From the NCBI GenBank assembly GCA_030532645.1, contig JAUNKU010000001.1:1-55259 (forward strand): a stretch of DNA of 55,259 nt, in the 5' to 3' direction. The DNA is from Neisseria sp. (GTDB lineage Bacteria > Pseudomonadota > Gammaproteobacteria > Burkholderiales > Neisseriaceae). The notes below the pieces were generated by a model that was given only the letters and a program-made list of their open reading frames with translations, was not told the origin of the DNA and did not search any database. This document shows positions 41,594 to 53,762 of the stretch, one piece after another. A program made the position numbers and the translations under genes. How positions within the stretch are numbered: the first letter of the stretch is position 1; every line of letters starts with the position of its first letter.

Positions 41594-43609
41594 TTATTTA
41601 ACGAACAAGCCCCAGAAGAAGGTCAGCAGCAAGGCCAATACGCCGAACACCATAAAGGCGGCATAAGTGTAGATAAAGCCTGTCTGCATCTTGCGGACTT
41701 GTGCGGCGACTGCACCGACCAACTTGGCCGAGCCGTTTACCAAAGCGTTGTCGATAAACATCGTGTCGCATACTTTCCAGAAGAAAGTACCCAATGCACG
41801 GCTGCCTTTGGCAAACACGTTGAAGTAAATGGTATCCAAGAAGTATTTGTTTTCCAGCAGCTTGTATACCGGGCTGAATGCAGCTGCAATTTTCGCAGGC
41901 AGGTGCGATGCTTTAACATACAGGAACCAAGCAGCAACCACACCGGCAATCGCCAAGTACAGCACAGGCGTGTGCAGGCTGTGGGCAACCATTGCCAGCG
42001 GACCGTGGAACTCTTCTTTCAGCACAGCCATTGTCGGATGGGCGGCGGTATCAACGTAAATTACGTCTTTGAAGAAGTCGCCGTACAGCATCGGTTCAAT
42101 CGCGATGTAGCCGATAATGACAGACGGAATGGCCAGCAGAACCAGAGGCAGCGTTACCACCCAAGGGCTTTCGTGCGGATTGTCGTTTTTACCCAAGCCG
42201 TGATGATGACCGTCGTCGTGGCCGTCTGAATGGTGATGCTCGATTTCACGCCATTTTTCTTTGCCATGGAATACCATAAAGTATTGGCGGAAAGCATAGA
42301 AGGCAGTAACGAACACGCTGGCCAACACGGCGAAGTAAGCAAAACCGCTGCCCGGCAGGGTGCTGGCATGTGCCGCTTCGATAATCGAATCTTTGGAATA
42401 GAAACCTGCAAAGAACGGCGTACCGATCAGCGACAGATTACCGATCAGCATCGTAACCCAGGTAATCGGCATATATTTTTTCAGATTACCCATATGACGC
42501 ATATCTTGGTCGTGATGCATACCGATGATGGCACTGCCGGCAGCCAAGAACAGCAAGGCTTTAAAGAAAGCGTGCGTCATAACGTGGAACATCGCAATCG
42601 AATAAGCAGACGCGCCCAGTGCAACAGTCATATAACCCAGTTGCGACAGAGTAGAATATGCCACCACGCGTTTGATATCGTTTTGGATCGTACCCAAGAA
42701 GCCCATAAACAGCGCAGTAATCGCACCGATGACCATAATCACCGACAAGGCTGTAGTACTCAATTCGTACATCGGAGACATACGCGACACCATAAACAGA
42801 CCGGCCGTTACCATTGTTGCTGCGTGAATCAGTGCAGAAATCGGGGTCGGGCCTTCCATTGAGTCCGGCAGCCAAACGTGCAGCGGGAATTGGGCTGATT
42901 TACCCATTGCGCCGACAAACAGCAGCAAGCAGGTCAAGGTAATCAAATCGATGCCGCCCAAAGTCATACCGACTACATTCGGCAGATTGGCAAATACGTC
43001 TTGGTAACGCAGACTGCCGCCGAAGTAGGCCAACACCAAGCCGATACCCAAGATAAAGCCGAAGTCGCCGACACGGTTAACCAAGAACGCTTTCAGGTTG
43101 GCGAAAATCGCGCTGTCGCGTTTGAAGTAGAAACCGATCAACAGGTAAGACACCAAGCCCACTGCTTCCCAGCCGAAGAACAGCTGGATGAAGTTGTTGG
43201 ACATAATCAGCATCAGCATCGAGAAGGTAAACAGCGAGATGTAGCTGAAAAAGCGTTGATAACCGACTTTTTCGTCGTGCATATAGCCGATGGTGTAAAT
43301 ATGAACCATCAGCGATACGCTGGTAACCACTACCATCATCATCGCGGTCAAAGTGTCCACCAAGAAGCCGACAGAGAAGTCGATACCGCCCATTGTCAGC
43401 CAAGTGTAAACATTCTCGTCAAACTTGCTCCGGCTGCCGTTGATAAAACCGTACAGCACAAAGGCCGACAACACAGCGGAAATGGCAACGCCGAGAATAG
43501 TAATGCTGTGCGCACCGGCGCGGCCGATTTTATTGCCGAACAAACCGGCAATAACCGAGCCTGCCAGCGGCAGCAAGGCAATCGTCAGATATAAAGTCAT
43601 ATCGCTCAT
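41594..43609 (-). CDS. nuoL: NADH-quinone oxidoreductase subunit L
   Basis: GKSAQFPLHVWLPDSMEGPTPISALIHAATMV. Confidence 0.97.
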   Translation of the reverse strand: MSDMTLYLTIALLPLAGSVIAGLFGNKIGRAGAHSITILGVAISAVLSAFVLYGFINGSRSKFDENVYTWLTMGGIDFSVGFLVDTLTAMMMVVVTSVSLMVHIYTIGYMHDEKVGYQRFFSYISLFTFSMLMLIMSNNFIQLFFGWEAVGLVSYLLIGFYFKRDSAIFANLKAFLVNRVGDFGFILGIGLVLAYFGGSLRYQDVFANLPNVVGMTLGGIDLITLTCLLLFVGAMGKSAQFPLHVWLPDSMEGPTPISALIHAATMVTAGLFMVSRMSPMYELSTTALSVIMVIGAITALFMGFLGTIQNDIKRVVAYSTLSQLGYMTVALGASAYSIAMFHVMTHAFFKALLFLAAGSAIIGMHHDQDMRHMGNLKKYMPITWVTMLIGNLSLIGTPFFAGFYSKDSIIEAAHASTLPGSGFAYFAVLASVFVTAFYAFRQYFMVFHGKEKWREIEHHHSDGHDDGHHHGLGKNDNPHESPWVVTLPLVLLAIPSVIIGYIAIEPMLYGDFFKDVIYVDTAAHPTMAVLKEEFHGPLAMVAHSLHTPVLYLAIAGVVAAWFLYVKASHLPAKIAAAFSPVYKLLENKYFLDTIYFNVFAKGSRALGTFFWKVCDTMFIDNALVNGSAKLVGAVAAQVRKMQTGFIYTYAAFMVFGVLALLLTFFWGLFVK

Positions 43610-43626
43610 TCTTTTTCTTCTCCCGA

Positions 43627-43932
43627 TCAGCCTTTCAAGTTATTCAAATCGGCCACATTGATGGTTTGTCGGTTACGGAATACCAACACCATAATAGCCA
43701 AACCGATAGCGGATTCCGCTGCGGCAACAGTCAATACGAAGAATACGAAAATCTGACCGGCCGTATCGCCCAAGTATTGCGAGAAAGCGATAAAGTTGAA
43801 ATTTACCGCCAACAGCATCAATTCGATGGACATCAACAAAACCAGCACGTTTTTGCGGTTCATAAAGATACCCATTGCGCTGATACCGAACAGCAGAGCC
43901 GCCAATACCAAGTAATGCGTTATCGTAATCAT
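43627..43932 (-). CDS. nuoK: NADH-quinone oxidoreductase subunit K
   Basis: MSIELML and [11 protein letters not shown]. Confidence 0.97.
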   Translation of the reverse strand: MITITHYLVLAALLFGISAMGIFMNRKNVLVLLMSIELMLLAVNFNFIAFSQYLGDTAGQIFVFFVLTVAAAESAIGLAIMVLVFRNRQTINVADLNNLKG

Positions 43933-44579
43933 ACTTTATCCTCCTCTGCGGCTTCGGCAGGATTTTCAGACGGCACTTGTACCGCGCTTTCCATTTTCAC
44001 CATACGCATACGGCCGTGTTTCGCATCAACTTTAACCTGATCGGCAGGATTGATGTATTTCGGATTAACCGTTTTGCGGTGTACCAACGCAATCGCCGCA
44101 ACCATACCGAGTACCAGCAGCACAGCAGCCAACTCGAACGGCAGCAGATAAGTGGTATAGATTTGTTTACCCAAATCGCGCACATTACTGTAATCGGCCG
44201 GAATGTCTTTCATCTCGCCGAATGCTGCCAGATTGGTATCCGGAGCCAGCAAGACCATAATCAGCACAACCGCCATCAGAATGCCGACCACAAACGCCAC
44301 CGGCGCATTGCGCCAGAAACCGGCACGCATTTCTTCGATGTCGATGTTCAGCATCATCACGACAAACAGGAACAGCACCATTACCGCACCGACATACACG
44401 ACAACCAGTGTAATGCCCAAGAACTCGGCCTGCATCAGCATCCAAATCACGGCACTGATACAGAACGTCAGCACCAGATACAGCGCAGCGTGCACAGGGT
44501 TTTTAGAGGTAACGGTTTTTACCGCGCCAAACAGCACGATGGCCGCCAGAATGTAGAACAGAATTAAAGAAAAAGTCAT
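43929..44579 (-). CDS. nuoJ: NADH-quinone oxidoreductase subunit J
   Basis: NPVHAALYL and [19 protein letters not shown] 44579 is 6 nt from AGGAG. Confidence 0.95.
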   Translation of the reverse strand: MTFSLILFYILAAIVLFGAVKTVTSKNPVHAALYLVLTFCISAVIWMLMQAEFLGITLVVVYVGAVMVLFLFVVMMLNIDIEEMRAGFWRNAPVAFVVGILMAVVLIMVLLAPDTNLAAFGEMKDIPADYSNVRDLGKQIYTTYLLPFELAAVLLVLGMVAAIALVHRKTVNPKYINPADQVKVDAKHGRMRMVKMESAVQVPSENPAEAAEEDKV

Positions 44580-44593
44580 CATCTGCTCCTTTA

Positions 44594-45073
44594 TCAACGG
44601 TACGGCGCATCGGCCGCTTTGCGTTTGGCGATTTCTTCTTCGTATTTATCGCCAACGGCCAACAACATAGGTTTGGTGAAATGCAAATCGCCGCGTTTTT
44701 CGCCGTGGTATTCCAAAATATGGGTTTCCACAATGGCATCGACCGGACAAGCCTCTTCGCAGAAACCGCAGAAGATACACTTGGTCAAATCGATATCGTA
44801 GCGCGTGGTGCGACGGGTACCGTCTTCACGCTCTTCCGATTCGATGTTAATCGCCATTGCCGGACAAACGGCTTCGCACAATTTACAGGCAATACAACGC
44901 TCTTCGCCGTTCGGATAACGGCGTTGGGCGTGCAGGCCGCGGAAACGTACCGACTGAGGCGTTTTTTCCTCAGGGAACATAATGGTTTCTTTGCGGGCGA
45001 AAAAGTTTTTGAGCGTTACGCCCATACCTTTTACCAATTCGCCCAGCAGAAAGGTTTTTACTAAATTAGCCAT
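44594..45073 (-). CDS. nuoI: NADH-quinone oxidoreductase subunit I
   Basis: Two CxxCxxCxxxCP ferredoxin motifs. Confidence 0.98.
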   Translation of the reverse strand: MANLVKTFLLGELVKGMGVTLKNFFARKETIMFPEEKTPQSVRFRGLHAQRRYPNGEERCIACKLCEAVCPAMAINIESEEREDGTRRTTRYDIDLTKCIFCGFCEEACPVDAIVETHILEYHGEKRGDLHFTKPMLLAVGDKYEEEIAKRKAADAPYR

Positions 45074-45155
45074 AATTCACTCCCTCGCTTGGGGATGTTC
45101 TCGCTTGGTTCAACATATTTTCAATCTGTTTGATTTAAAACCGGTTTGCCTTGTC

Positions 45156-45222
45156 AGGCCGTCTGAAAACAAGGCACTACGCTGCTCTCTCTATATTATA
45201 TATAGATATTTTCAGACGGCCT
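45156..45222. repeat. Inverted DUS pair inside the nuo operon (nuoH-nuoI gap)
   Basis: 45156-45167 and 45211-45222. The loop holds the AT-rich palindrome TCTATAT-TAT-ATATAGA. Confidence 0.8.
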
Positions 45223-45230
45223 CGGAGCTT

Positions 45231-46307
45231 TTAATTCCACAAAGACAGCGGAGTCGCCATCCACAAGCCCAATACGGCGATGCAGATAAAGCCTACCGGA
45301 ATCAGCACTTTCCAGCCCAAACGCATAATTTGGTCGTAACGGTAGCGCGGGAAAGTAGCACGAATCCACAAGTAGCCGTACAGAATGAAGGCCATTTTCA
45401 GGAACATCCAGAACGCGCTAGGCGCACCGATAAAGCCCCAGCTTTGCGGGAATGGAGACAACCAGCCGCCCAAGAACATAATGGCAGTCAGTGCACCGAT
45501 CAAAATCATAAAGATGTATTCGGCCAAGAAGAACAAGGCGAAAGCGAAGCCGGAGTATTCAACGTGGAAACCGGCTACGATTTCAGACTCACCCTCTGCC
45601 ACGTCAAACGGCGCACGGTTGGTTTCGGCAACGGCGGAAATCAGATAAACGATAAACACCGGGAACAAGGTAAACCAGTTCCAAGAGAAAATCGAACCGC
45701 CTGCAATACCGGTTGCCTGAGCTGCAACGATTTCTTTGAAATTCAAGCTGCCGGACACCATAATCACGCACACTAAAGCAGCACTCATTGCGATTTCGTA
45801 AGAAATGGTTTGCGCAGAAGAACGCATCGCACCCAAGAACGAGTATTTGGAGTTGGAAGCCCAACCGGCAATAATCACGCCGTACACCGACAATGAAGTA
45901 ATCATCAGGATAAACAGCAAGCCGGCATCCACATTGGTCAGCAGCCATTCTTCGTTGAACGGAATCACCGCCCAAGCGGCAAATGCCGGAGCCAGCGACA
46001 TCATCGGACCGATGTAGAACAACGCTTTATTGGAAGCCGAAGGTCGGGTAACCTCTTTGAACAACAGCTTCAATACGTCGGCAAACGGCTGAATCAGACC
46101 GAACGGACCGGTTACGTTCGGGCCGACGCGCAGCTGCATATAACCGATCACTTTACGTTCGAAATAGGTCAGATAGGCCACAGTCAGAATCAGCGGCAGC
46201 AGGATGATGACGATTTTCACCAAAATCGAAACCACCAAGCCGATGCTGTTACCGATTTCGCCCAAGCCCAAGCCTGAGGCAAACAGTGTTTGGAACCACT
46301 CTTGCAT
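45231..46307 (-). CDS. nuoH: NADH-quinone oxidoreductase subunit H
   Basis: [15 protein letters not shown] and AETNRAPFD. Confidence 0.98.
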   Translation of the reverse strand: MQEWFQTLFASGLGLGEIGNSIGLVVSILVKIVIILLPLILTVAYLTYFERKVIGYMQLRVGPNVTGPFGLIQPFADVLKLLFKEVTRPSASNKALFYIGPMMSLAPAFAAWAVIPFNEEWLLTNVDAGLLFILMITSLSVYGVIIAGWASNSKYSFLGAMRSSAQTISYEIAMSAALVCVIMVSGSLNFKEIVAAQATGIAGGSIFSWNWFTLFPVFIVYLISAVAETNRAPFDVAEGESEIVAGFHVEYSGFAFALFFLAEYIFMILIGALTAIMFLGGWLSPFPQSWGFIGAPSAFWMFLKMAFILYGYLWIRATFPRYRYDQIMRLGWKVLIPVGFICIAVLGLWMATPLSLWN

Positions 46308-46309
46308 AA

Positions 46310-48565
46310 TTACGCTCCTGCCAGTTCGATGGTGTTCATCAACGCACCCAATACTGCATTGTCATTATGCAGCGGCAGGTACACCACATTCAGCGGCAGG
46401 CTGTCATCGGCCTGAACCGTTACTTTCACTTCGCCGCCGTCCTGACGCGCCAGCACTTCTTGGCCGTCTGAAAAACCGAGCGCAGCCAGTGTTTGCGGAT
46501 TCAAGCGCGCAGCAGGCGTTTGCGCGTGCGAAGTCGCTTGCAGCGGTGCTGAACGGCGTGCAATTGCATCGGTGTGGTAAATACCGACACCGCCGACACG
46601 CAGCAGACGGCCGCCCTTAACAGCATTCACGTTCAGCGCAGCTTCGTTGTTCAGCTTGGCAGCAACAGCATCGGCATTAACTGCTTCGGCCAATACTTGC
46701 TCGCTGGCCGTGTAATCAAAGCCGTTCAGCTCGAACACATTGCCCAAAACGCGCAGTACTTTCCATAACGGACGGCTTTCGCCCAAACCTTTTACCACAC
46801 CGTGGAAAGATTGCAGACGGCCTTCCATATTGATGAAGCTGCCGGAAGTTTCGGTAAACGGCGCAATCGGCAACATAATGTCGCATACTTCGCGCAGCGT
46901 TTCGCTTTCAAATGCGGTAAACGCCATTACGCTTTGTGCCTGTTTCAACACGGCAACGGCTTTCGCACCGTTTACGGTATCGATTTCCGGCTCTACGTTC
47001 AGCAGCAATACCGCTTTTTTCGGTGCAGCCAGCATCTCGGCTACGTTCTCACCGCTGTTTACAGCCAAAACGTCTGCGCCCACACTGTTTGCAGCTTGCG
47101 GCAATACGCCCAGTTTCGCGCCGGTTGCATCAGCCAAACGTTGTGCCGCTGCATAAACGGCAGCGTAATCGGCATAGTTTTGCGCTTCCGCACCCAAAAT
47201 CACGGCTGCGGTTTCGGCATTTTTCAGGCTTGCGCCCAAACCGTTTTCCACATCATCGGCAGCGGCATTCAAACGCGCAGCCCATTCGTCGGGATGCAGC
47301 ACTTCGTGTGCGGCCAAAGGCATATAAAGTTTTTCTTTATTGGAAGCCAATACGCTGATTTTGCTGCCGGCTTTCGCAGAACCGCGCAAGCGCGCTGTCA
47401 GCAGCGGCTGCTCTTTACGCAGATTCGCGCCGATAACCAAAACGGCTTCGCTGTCGCCCAAAGCCTGAATGCTTTGACCGAGCCAGGCGGCACCTTTGAG
47501 GCCGTCTGAAACACGCTTGTCCTGCTCGCGCAAACGGGTAGAGAAGTGCTTGATACCCAAACCGGCGGCCAGTTTCTTCGCCAGATACAGCTCTTCTACG
47601 GTATTCATCGGGTTCGCCCAAATACCGATTTGTTCTTTGCCGTCTTCTTTGCCGATGCAGTCCAAAGTTTTACGGACATATTCCAAAGCGGTCGGCCAAT
47701 CAACATCGTGCCATTCGCCGCCGTTTTTGATTTTCGGCTTTTTCAGACGGCTTGCATGATACAGGCCTTCATACGCGAAACGGTCGCGGTCGGCCAGCCA
47801 GCATTCGTTGATGGCTTCGTTTTCCAAAGGCAGAATGCGGCGCACGGTATGGTCTTTTGTTTGGACAATCAGATTGCTGCCCAACGCATCGTGTGCAGAG
47901 ATGGATTTGCGGCGGCTCAATTCCCAAGAACGGGCATCGTAGCGGAACGGCTTGCTGGTCAGCGCGCCGACCGGACACAAATCAATCACGTTGCCCGACA
48001 ATTCGGTTTCAACCGCTTTGCCGACAAACGGCATAATCTCGGAGAACTCGCCGCGGTTGGCCATTGCGATTTCCTGAATACCGGCGATTTCTTCGGTAAA
48101 ACGTACGCAACGAGTACAGTGGATACAGCGGCTCATTTCCTCTGCAGAAACCAGCGGGCCCATATCTTTGCCTTCGACTGCACGTTTGACTTCGCGGTAG
48201 CGGCTGTCGCTTTTGCCGTAGCCCATCGACAAGTCTTGCAGCTGGCATTCGCCCGCTTGGTCGCAAATCGGGCAATCCAGCGGATGGTTGATAAGCAGAA
48301 ACTCCATCACACCTTCTTGCGCCTGTTTGGCTTTCGGCGAATGGGTATGCACCACCATACCGTCGGTTACCGGCGTAGCGCAGGCCGGCAGCGGCTTCGG
48401 TGCTTTCTCAACTTCGACCAAGCACATACGGCAGTTGGCCGCGATGGACAGTTTTTTGTGGTAGCAGAAGTGCGGAATATAGGTTCCGAGCTTGTGTGCC
48501 GCTTCCATTACGGTTGCACCTTGCTCGACCGTTACTTCTTTACCGTCGATTTGAATTTGTAACAT
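46310..48565 (-). CDS. nuoG: NADH-quinone oxidoreductase subunit G
   Basis: [29 protein letters not shown] and RCIHCTRC. Confidence 0.98.
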   Translation of the reverse strand: MLQIQIDGKEVTVEQGATVMEAAHKLGTYIPHFCYHKKLSIAANCRMCLVEVEKAPKPLPACATPVTDGMVVHTHSPKAKQAQEGVMEFLLINHPLDCPICDQAGECQLQDLSMGYGKSDSRYREVKRAVEGKDMGPLVSAEEMSRCIHCTRCVRFTEEIAGIQEIAMANRGEFSEIMPFVGKAVETELSGNVIDLCPVGALTSKPFRYDARSWELSRRKSISAHDALGSNLIVQTKDHTVRRILPLENEAINECWLADRDRFAYEGLYHASRLKKPKIKNGGEWHDVDWPTALEYVRKTLDCIGKEDGKEQIGIWANPMNTVEELYLAKKLAAGLGIKHFSTRLREQDKRVSDGLKGAAWLGQSIQALGDSEAVLVIGANLRKEQPLLTARLRGSAKAGSKISVLASNKEKLYMPLAAHEVLHPDEWAARLNAAADDVENGLGASLKNAETAAVILGAEAQNYADYAAVYAAAQRLADATGAKLGVLPQAANSVGADVLAVNSGENVAEMLAAPKKAVLLLNVEPEIDTVNGAKAVAVLKQAQSVMAFTAFESETLREVCDIMLPIAPFTETSGSFINMEGRLQSFHGVVKGLGESRPLWKVLRVLGNVFELNGFDYTASEQVLAEAVNADAVAAKLNNEAALNVNAVKGGRLLRVGGVGIYHTDAIARRSAPLQATSHAQTPAARLNPQTLAALGFSDGQEVLARQDGGEVKVTVQADDSLPLNVVYLPLHNDNAVLGALMNTIELAGA

Positions 48566-48617
48566 GGTTTTTTCCTAGTTACGGATCTTATAAATTCTGG
48601 AATTGGTTTGGCTGCCG

Positions 48618-48712
48618 AGGCCGTCTGAAAAAACAGATAGATTTGTCAGGCGGCTGCTTTCAGCAGTTGCACGGCAGGAAAGACCGTCTTTGGGTTGTTT
48701 TTCAGACGGCCT
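48618..48712. repeat. Inverted DUS pair inside the nuo operon (nuoF-nuoG gap)
   Basis: 48618-48629 and 48701-48712. Confidence 0.8.
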
Positions 48713-48721
48713 GCCCGCCTT

Positions 48722-50017
48722 TTAACACCATTTGTGCTCGCGCATCGGCTTGCCGTGTTCGATATAATGCTCGAACTCGTGGCGGAAATGCTTGGTAAAG
48801 CTGCGCACCGGGAACACTGCGGCATCGGCCAAAGCGCAGATGGTGCGGCCGGCCATATTGTTGCCGATGGAATCCAGCAGCTCCAAGTCTTCCTTGCGGC
48901 CTTTGCCGGTAGCGATGCGGTGGACGATGCGGTAGAGCCAGCCCGTACCTTCGCGGCAAGGCGTACATTGGCCGCAAGACTCTTCGTAGTAGAAGTAGCT
49001 CAAACGCTCCAAGGCTTTTACCATACACACGTCTTGGTCCATTACGATCACTGCGCCTGAGCCGAGCATCGACCCCGCCTTGGCAATCGCATCGTAATCC
49101 ATCGTCAGCGACATCATAATGTCGGCAGGCAGAACCGGCGCGGAAGAGCCGCCCGGAATCACTGCTTTCAGCTTTTTGCCGTCTTTCATACCGCCGGCCA
49201 TTTCCAGCAGCTCGGCAAACGGCGTACCTAGAGGGACTTCGTAGTTACCCGGACGCTCAACGTGGCCGGAAATCGAGAACAGCTTGGTACCGCCTGCGTT
49301 TTCAATGCCTTTGTCAGCAAAGGCTTTGCCGCCGTCGCGGATAATGAACGGCACGGAAGCGAAAGTTTCGGTGTTGTTGATGGTGGTCGGCTTGCCATAC
49401 AGACCGAAAGAAGCTGGGAAAGGCGGCTTGAAACGTGGCTGGCCTTTTTTGCCCTCCAGCGACTCCAACAGCGCGGTTTCTTCACCGCAAATGTAGGCAC
49501 CGTAACCGTGATGGGCAAACAGTTCGAAATCGAAGCCTGTACCCATAATGTTTTTGCCCAAAAAGCCGGCTTCGCGTGCCTCAGCCAAAGCCTCTTCAAA
49601 GCGTTTGAAACCTTCGAAAATCTCGCCGTGGATATAGTTATAGCCAGCTTCCGCGCCCATTGCATAACCGGCGATAATCATCCCTTCAATCAGCGCGTGC
49701 GGATTGAAATTGATAATATCGCGGTCTTTGAATGTACCCGGCTCACCCTCGTCCGTATTGCAGACAACGTATTTCGCACCCGGGAACGAACGCGGCATAA
49801 AGCTCCATTTCAAACCGGTCGGGAAACCTGCACCGCCGCGGCCGCGCAAACCGGAAGCTTTCACTTCGGCAATCACGTCGTCCTGAGAGATTTTCTCGGT
49901 CAGGATTTTACGCAGCGCCTGATAGCCGCCGCGCGCCTGATATTCGGCCAAAGTCCAACATTTGTGCGAATGCGTATCCACACCGTCAAAAATGACACCT
50001 GAATGATAAATCGCCAT
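48722..50017 (-). CDS. nuoF: NADH-quinone oxidoreductase subunit F
   Basis: [22 protein letters not shown] and [12 protein letters not shown]. Confidence 0.98.
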   Translation of the reverse strand: MAIYHSGVIFDGVDTHSHKCWTLAEYQARGGYQALRKILTEKISQDDVIAEVKASGLRGRGGAGFPTGLKWSFMPRSFPGAKYVVCNTDEGEPGTFKDRDIINFNPHALIEGMIIAGYAMGAEAGYNYIHGEIFEGFKRFEEALAEAREAGFLGKNIMGTGFDFELFAHHGYGAYICGEETALLESLEGKKGQPRFKPPFPASFGLYGKPTTINNTETFASVPFIIRDGGKAFADKGIENAGGTKLFSISGHVERPGNYEVPLGTPFAELLEMAGGMKDGKKLKAVIPGGSSAPVLPADIMMSLTMDYDAIAKAGSMLGSGAVIVMDQDVCMVKALERLSYFYYEESCGQCTPCREGTGWLYRIVHRIATGKGRKEDLELLDSIGNNMAGRTICALADAAVFPVRSFTKHFRHEFEHYIEHGKPMREHKWC

Positions 50018-50018
50018 A

Positions 50019-50492
50019 TCAGTTCAACTCCGCCAATTTTTTCTCAATGGCCTCTTCGGTCATAAAGCTGCACATTTTGTGGTTGTCGATCAGCATTACC
50101 GGCGCATCGCCACAGGCACCCATACACTCGCCTTCAACCAAAGTATATTTGCCGTCGGCAGTGGTTTCGCCGTAGCCGATACCCAATTTCTTTTTCAGGT
50201 ATTCGCCGGCGTGTACGCCGCCGCGCAGAGCGCAAGGCAGGTTGGTGCAGACCGTCAGCTTGTATTTGCCGACCGGTTGCAGGTCGTACATATTGTAGAA
50301 CGTAGCCACTTCGTAAGCTGCAGCCGGTGCGATGCCGATATAGTCGGCAACGAATTCGATGGTTTCAGGCGACAGCCAGCGCAATTCGGTTTGCGCGATA
50401 CGCAATGCACCCATTACCGCCGAACGGCGTTGGTCGGCAGGATATTTCGCCAGCTCTACATCAATTTGTTTTAAAGATTCAGCAGATAACAT
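50019..50492 (-). CDS. nuoE: NADH-quinone oxidoreductase subunit E
   Basis: VCTNLPC and ECMGAC 2Fe-2S ligands. Confidence 0.97.
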   Translation of the reverse strand: MLSAESLKQIDVELAKYPADQRRSAVMGALRIAQTELRWLSPETIEFVADYIGIAPAAAYEVATFYNMYDLQPVGKYKLTVCTNLPCALRGGVHAGEYLKKKLGIGYGETTADGKYTLVEGECMGACGDAPVMLIDNHKMCSFMTEEAIEKKLAELN

Positions 50493-51748
50493 TAGCGGTC
50501 AACCTCCCCGAATACGATGTCTTGCGTACCGATAATGGCCACCACGTCGGCCAGCATATGGCCGCGTGCCATTTCGTCCATACCTTGCAGGTGGGCAAAG
50601 CCCGGTGCGCGGATTTTCAGGCGGTACGGCTTGTTGGCGCCGTCTGAAATCATATAAATGCCGAACTCGCCTTTCGGGTGTTCGACGGCAGAATAGGTTT
50701 CACCCTCGGGAACGTGCATACCTTCGGTAAACAGTTTGAAGTGGTGAATCAAATCTTCCATACCGGTTTTGATTTCGGTACGTTTCGGCGGCGCGAATTT
50801 ATGATTGTCGGTAATAACCGGACCCGGGTTCGCACGCAGCCACTGTACGCACTGCTTGATGATGCGGTTCGACTCGCGCATTTCGGCGATACGGCAGAGG
50901 TAACGGTCATAACAGTCGCCGTTCACACCGACCGGAATATCGAAATCGACTTTGTCGTAAGCATCGTAAGGCGTTTTCTTACGGATATCCCATTCGATAC
51001 CGGAACCGCGCAGCATTACGCCGGTAAAGCCTTTTTGCAGCGCACGCTCCGGAGACACGACGCCGATGCCGACAGTACGCTGTTTCCAGATACGGTTGTC
51101 GGTCAGCAGGCTTTCGTATTCGTCCACACAGCCGGGGAAGCGCTCGGTAAAGGCTTCGATAAAGTCCAGCATCGTACCTTCGCGCGATTCGTTCAATTTT
51201 TTCAGCACTTTGGCATTGCGGAATTTGCTGGATTCGTATTTCGGCATAAAGTCCGGCAAATCGCGGTACACACCACCCGGGCGGAAATAAGCCGCGTGCA
51301 TACGGGCGCCCGAAACGGCCTCATACAAATCCATCAGCTCTTCACGCTCGCGGAATGCGTACAGGAACACAGTCATCGCACCGATATCCAAGGCGTGCGC
51401 ACCGATACCCATCAAGTGGTTCAGGATACGGGTAACTTCTGCAAACATTACGCGGATGTATTTAGCACGCTCGGGAACGTGGATATTCGCCAGCTTTTCC
51501 ACTGCCAGGCAGTATGCCTGTTCGTTACACATCATAGACACATAGTCCAGACGGTCCATATACGGCAGGGCTTGTAGATAGGTGCGGGTTTCCGCCAATT
51601 TTTCGGTACCGCGGTGCAAAAGGCCGATATGCGGGTCGGCACGGACGATGGTTTCGCCGTCCAGCTCCAACACCATACGCAATACACCGTGCGCCGCAGG
51701 GTGTTGCGGACCGAAGTTAATCGTGTAATTTCGTAATTTATTAGCCAC
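50492..51748 (-). CDS. nuoD: NADH-quinone oxidoreductase subunit D
   Basis: [14 protein letters not shown] and GEVDR end. Start reassigned to GTG 51748, overlapping the nuoC end. Confidence 0.96.
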   Translation of the reverse strand: MANKLRNYTINFGPQHPAAHGVLRMVLELDGETIVRADPHIGLLHRGTEKLAETRTYLQALPYMDRLDYVSMMCNEQAYCLAVEKLANIHVPERAKYIRVMFAEVTRILNHLMGIGAHALDIGAMTVFLYAFREREELMDLYEAVSGARMHAAYFRPGGVYRDLPDFMPKYESSKFRNAKVLKKLNESREGTMLDFIEAFTERFPGCVDEYESLLTDNRIWKQRTVGIGVVSPERALQKGFTGVMLRGSGIEWDIRKKTPYDAYDKVDFDIPVGVNGDCYDRYLCRIAEMRESNRIIKQCVQWLRANPGPVITDNHKFAPPKRTEIKTGMEDLIHHFKLFTEGMHVPEGETYSAVEHPKGEFGIYMISDGANKPYRLKIRAPGFAHLQGMDEMARGHMLADVVAIIGTQDIVFGEVDR

Positions 51749-52328
51749 CGAAGTTCTCCTCACGGACAATGCGCGGCGTAATTTCGCGCGGCTCAATGCT
51801 TACCGGCTGGTAAACAACGCGTTTTTCTTCTTCGTCGTAACGCATTTCAACATAGCCGGAAATCGGGAAATCTTTACGGAACGGATGGCCGACAAAACCG
51901 TAATCGGTCAAGATACGGCGCAAATCCGGGTGGTTGTTGAACATAATGCCGTACAAATCGTAGGCTTCGCGCTCATACCAATCCGCACTGTTGTAAAGCT
52001 CGGTAACGGTTTCCACCACCGGAAAATCATCGTTGTCCACCCACACCCGCACGCGGATACGCTGGTTGTTTTTAACTGAAACCAGCTGGCTCACCACCGC
52101 AAAACGCTTGCCTTTCCAAGGCTGGTTTTTATAGGTACTGTAATCCACGCCGCACAAATCAATCAGCGACTCAAAGTGCAAATCTTCGTGATCGCGCAGC
52201 AGAGTCATCACATCGATATAGTTGTCGGCAGCACATTCAACGGTTACTTCATCCAAAGCCAGAATTACTTCGGATGCTTTGTCGCCCAATACATTTTGAG
52301 CGGCTTCCTGCAAATCGATTACATGCAT
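51741..52328 (-). CDS. nuoC: NADH-quinone oxidoreductase subunit C
   Basis: [11 protein letters not shown] and GHPFRKDFP. Confidence 0.97.
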   Translation of the reverse strand: MHVIDLQEAAQNVLGDKASEVILALDEVTVECAADNYIDVMTLLRDHEDLHFESLIDLCGVDYSTYKNQPWKGKRFAVVSQLVSVKNNQRIRVRVWVDNDDFPVVETVTELYNSADWYEREAYDLYGIMFNNHPDLRRILTDYGFVGHPFRKDFPISGYVEMRYDEEEKRVVYQPVSIEPREITPRIVREENFGG

Positions 52329-52338
52329 CGCTCACTCC

Positions 52339-52818
52339 TTAATTTCGGGCAATCGTGCAGGTGCGCTTGATTTTGCCCTGCAACTGAATCAAACCGTAAA
52401 TCAGCGCCTCGGCAGTCGGCGGACAGCCCGGCACATACACATCAACCGGCACAATGCGGTCGCAACCGCGCACTACCGAATAAGAATAGTGGTAGTAACC
52501 GCCGCCGTTGGCACACGAACCCATCGACAATACCCAACGCGGTTCGGCCATTTGGTCGTACACCCGACGCAGCGCCGGTGCCATTTTGTTACACAGCGTA
52601 CCGGCCACAATCATCAAATCCGATTGACGCGGAGACGGACGGAAAATGATGCCGAAGCGGTCGAGGTCGTAACGCGACGCACCGGCCTGCATCATTTCCA
52701 CTGCGCAGCAGGCCAAGCCGAAAGTAACCGGCCAGAGCGAACCTGTACGCACATAGTTCAACACCGTATCCGCGCTGGCGGTTACGAAGCCTTTATTCAA
52801 AACGCCTTCTATTCCCAT
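52339..52818 (-). CDS. nuoB: NADH-quinone oxidoreductase subunit B
   Basis: [11 protein letters not shown] and YVPGCPP. ATG 52818. Confidence 0.97.
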   Translation of the reverse strand: MGIEGVLNKGFVTASADTVLNYVRTGSLWPVTFGLACCAVEMMQAGASRYDLDRFGIIFRPSPRQSDLMIVAGTLCNKMAPALRRVYDQMAEPRWVLSMGSCANGGGYYHYSYSVVRGCDRIVPVDVYVPGCPPTAEALIYGLIQLQGKIKRTCTIARN

Positions 52819-53177
52819 TCCAGCGCACCTTTTTTCCATTCGTAAATAAAGCCCACCGTCAGCACGACGATGAATACAAACATCGACCAGAAAGCGAAGC
52901 CACCGGTTTCCGCGAGCAGCTCTTTAAAGACTACCGCCCAAGGAATCATAAACGCCACTTCCAAGTCAAACAGGATAAACAGAATCGCCACCAAGTAATA
53001 ACGCACGTCGAACTTCATACGCGCGTTTTCAAACGCCTCGAAACCGCACTCAAAGGGCGCGTCTTTCTCGGCATAGTGGCGCTTCGGACCCAAAATCGTT
53101 CCCAAAAGCAGGAATACGATACCTGCGACCAAACCGATCAGCAGAAATATCAAGACGGGAAAATAGTTTGCCAACAT
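52809..53177 (-). CDS. nuoA: NADH-quinone oxidoreductase subunit A
   Basis: PFECGF, FDLEVAF and [10 protein letters not shown]. Confidence 0.97.
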   Translation of the reverse strand: MLANYFPVLIFLLIGLVAGIVFLLLGTILGPKRHYAEKDAPFECGFEAFENARMKFDVRYYLVAILFILFDLEVAFMIPWAVVFKELLAETGGFAFWSMFVFIVVLTVGFIYEWKKGALEWE

Positions 53178-53229
53178 AGCTGTTGCACCTACACAAATTA
53201 ACGTAAATAGTTAAGAGTAAATCTTCCGC

Positions 53230-53258
53230 ATTGTACCGAAATTTGCGTTTCAGTTAAA
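53230..53258 (-). promoter_or_regulatory. Putative nuo promoter
   Basis: TTTAAC-N17-TACAAT on the minus strand. Confidence 0.55.
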
Positions 53259-53306
53259 GCAGGCAAGGCAAAATTCTGCGAAAAAATCCAATAAATTCAA
53301 TTATTA

Positions 53307-53325
53307 GATGATAACAATTATCATT
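53307..53325. promoter_or_regulatory. Fur box upstream of the nuoA promoter
   Basis: GATGATAACAATTATCATT. The 7-1-7 core TGATAAC-A-ATTATCA has one mismatch to TGATAAT-N-ATTATCA. Confidence 0.8.
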
Positions 53326-53679
53326 TGATAGCTTTAAAACAGCGCTTAAAGGGCAAGACAAGGCCGTCTGAAAAAACCGTTTTGCAGACATAAATTTTAC
53401 CGTATGAAAGAAAGTTTAACGGTTTCTTAACAAAGACGGCTGCGCGAACTGCTTGTTTTTGTTAGACAGCTTGCGCAGCCGGAGAAAAGAGCGGGAAAGC
53501 GTTTCGCCATAAGCCGATAAAGCAGCTGTATTTTGATTACATCTTTTTCTGCCTGCGGGCAAAGAGGTTTTGAAACCTTGTTTTCAGACGGCCTTCCACC
53601 TGCCGGAAATCAAGCGGATATGTTTTTTTGGAACAGATACACCGGTACAGATAGCGGTTCCGCCGCCGTTAAAATCAAA

Positions 53680-53723
53680 AGGCCGTCTGAAAAACGAAAT
53701 CAAACACGTTTTTCAGACGGCCT
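53680..53723 (-). terminator. Inverted DUS pair after the ABC exporter gene
   Basis: 53680-53691 and 53712-53723, with a T-run on the minus strand. Confidence 0.7.
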
Positions 53724-53762
53724 CAGCCATTCATATTCAATTTTCGAAAAACTCAGAAAGAA

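Noticed and set aside
42196-42245. His-rich loop in NuoL as a novel metal-binding insert
   Set aside because: His-rich loops at this position are common in betaproteobacterial NuoL.
33510-51577. Long antisense ORFs (e.g. 33510-34787, 38567-39526, 40061-41407, 47546-48562, 50678-51577, also 16867-18129)
   Set aside because: Shadow frames opposite well-conserved genes, explained by codon bias, with no motifs of their own.
53400-53680. Possible sRNA or small ORF between nuoA and the ABC gene (GCTGCGCG..TGCGCAGC hairpin, ORFs 53533-53874 and 53570-53935)
   Set aside because: The ORFs are DUS translations running antisense into the ABC gene. One imperfect hairpin is not enough to call an RNA.
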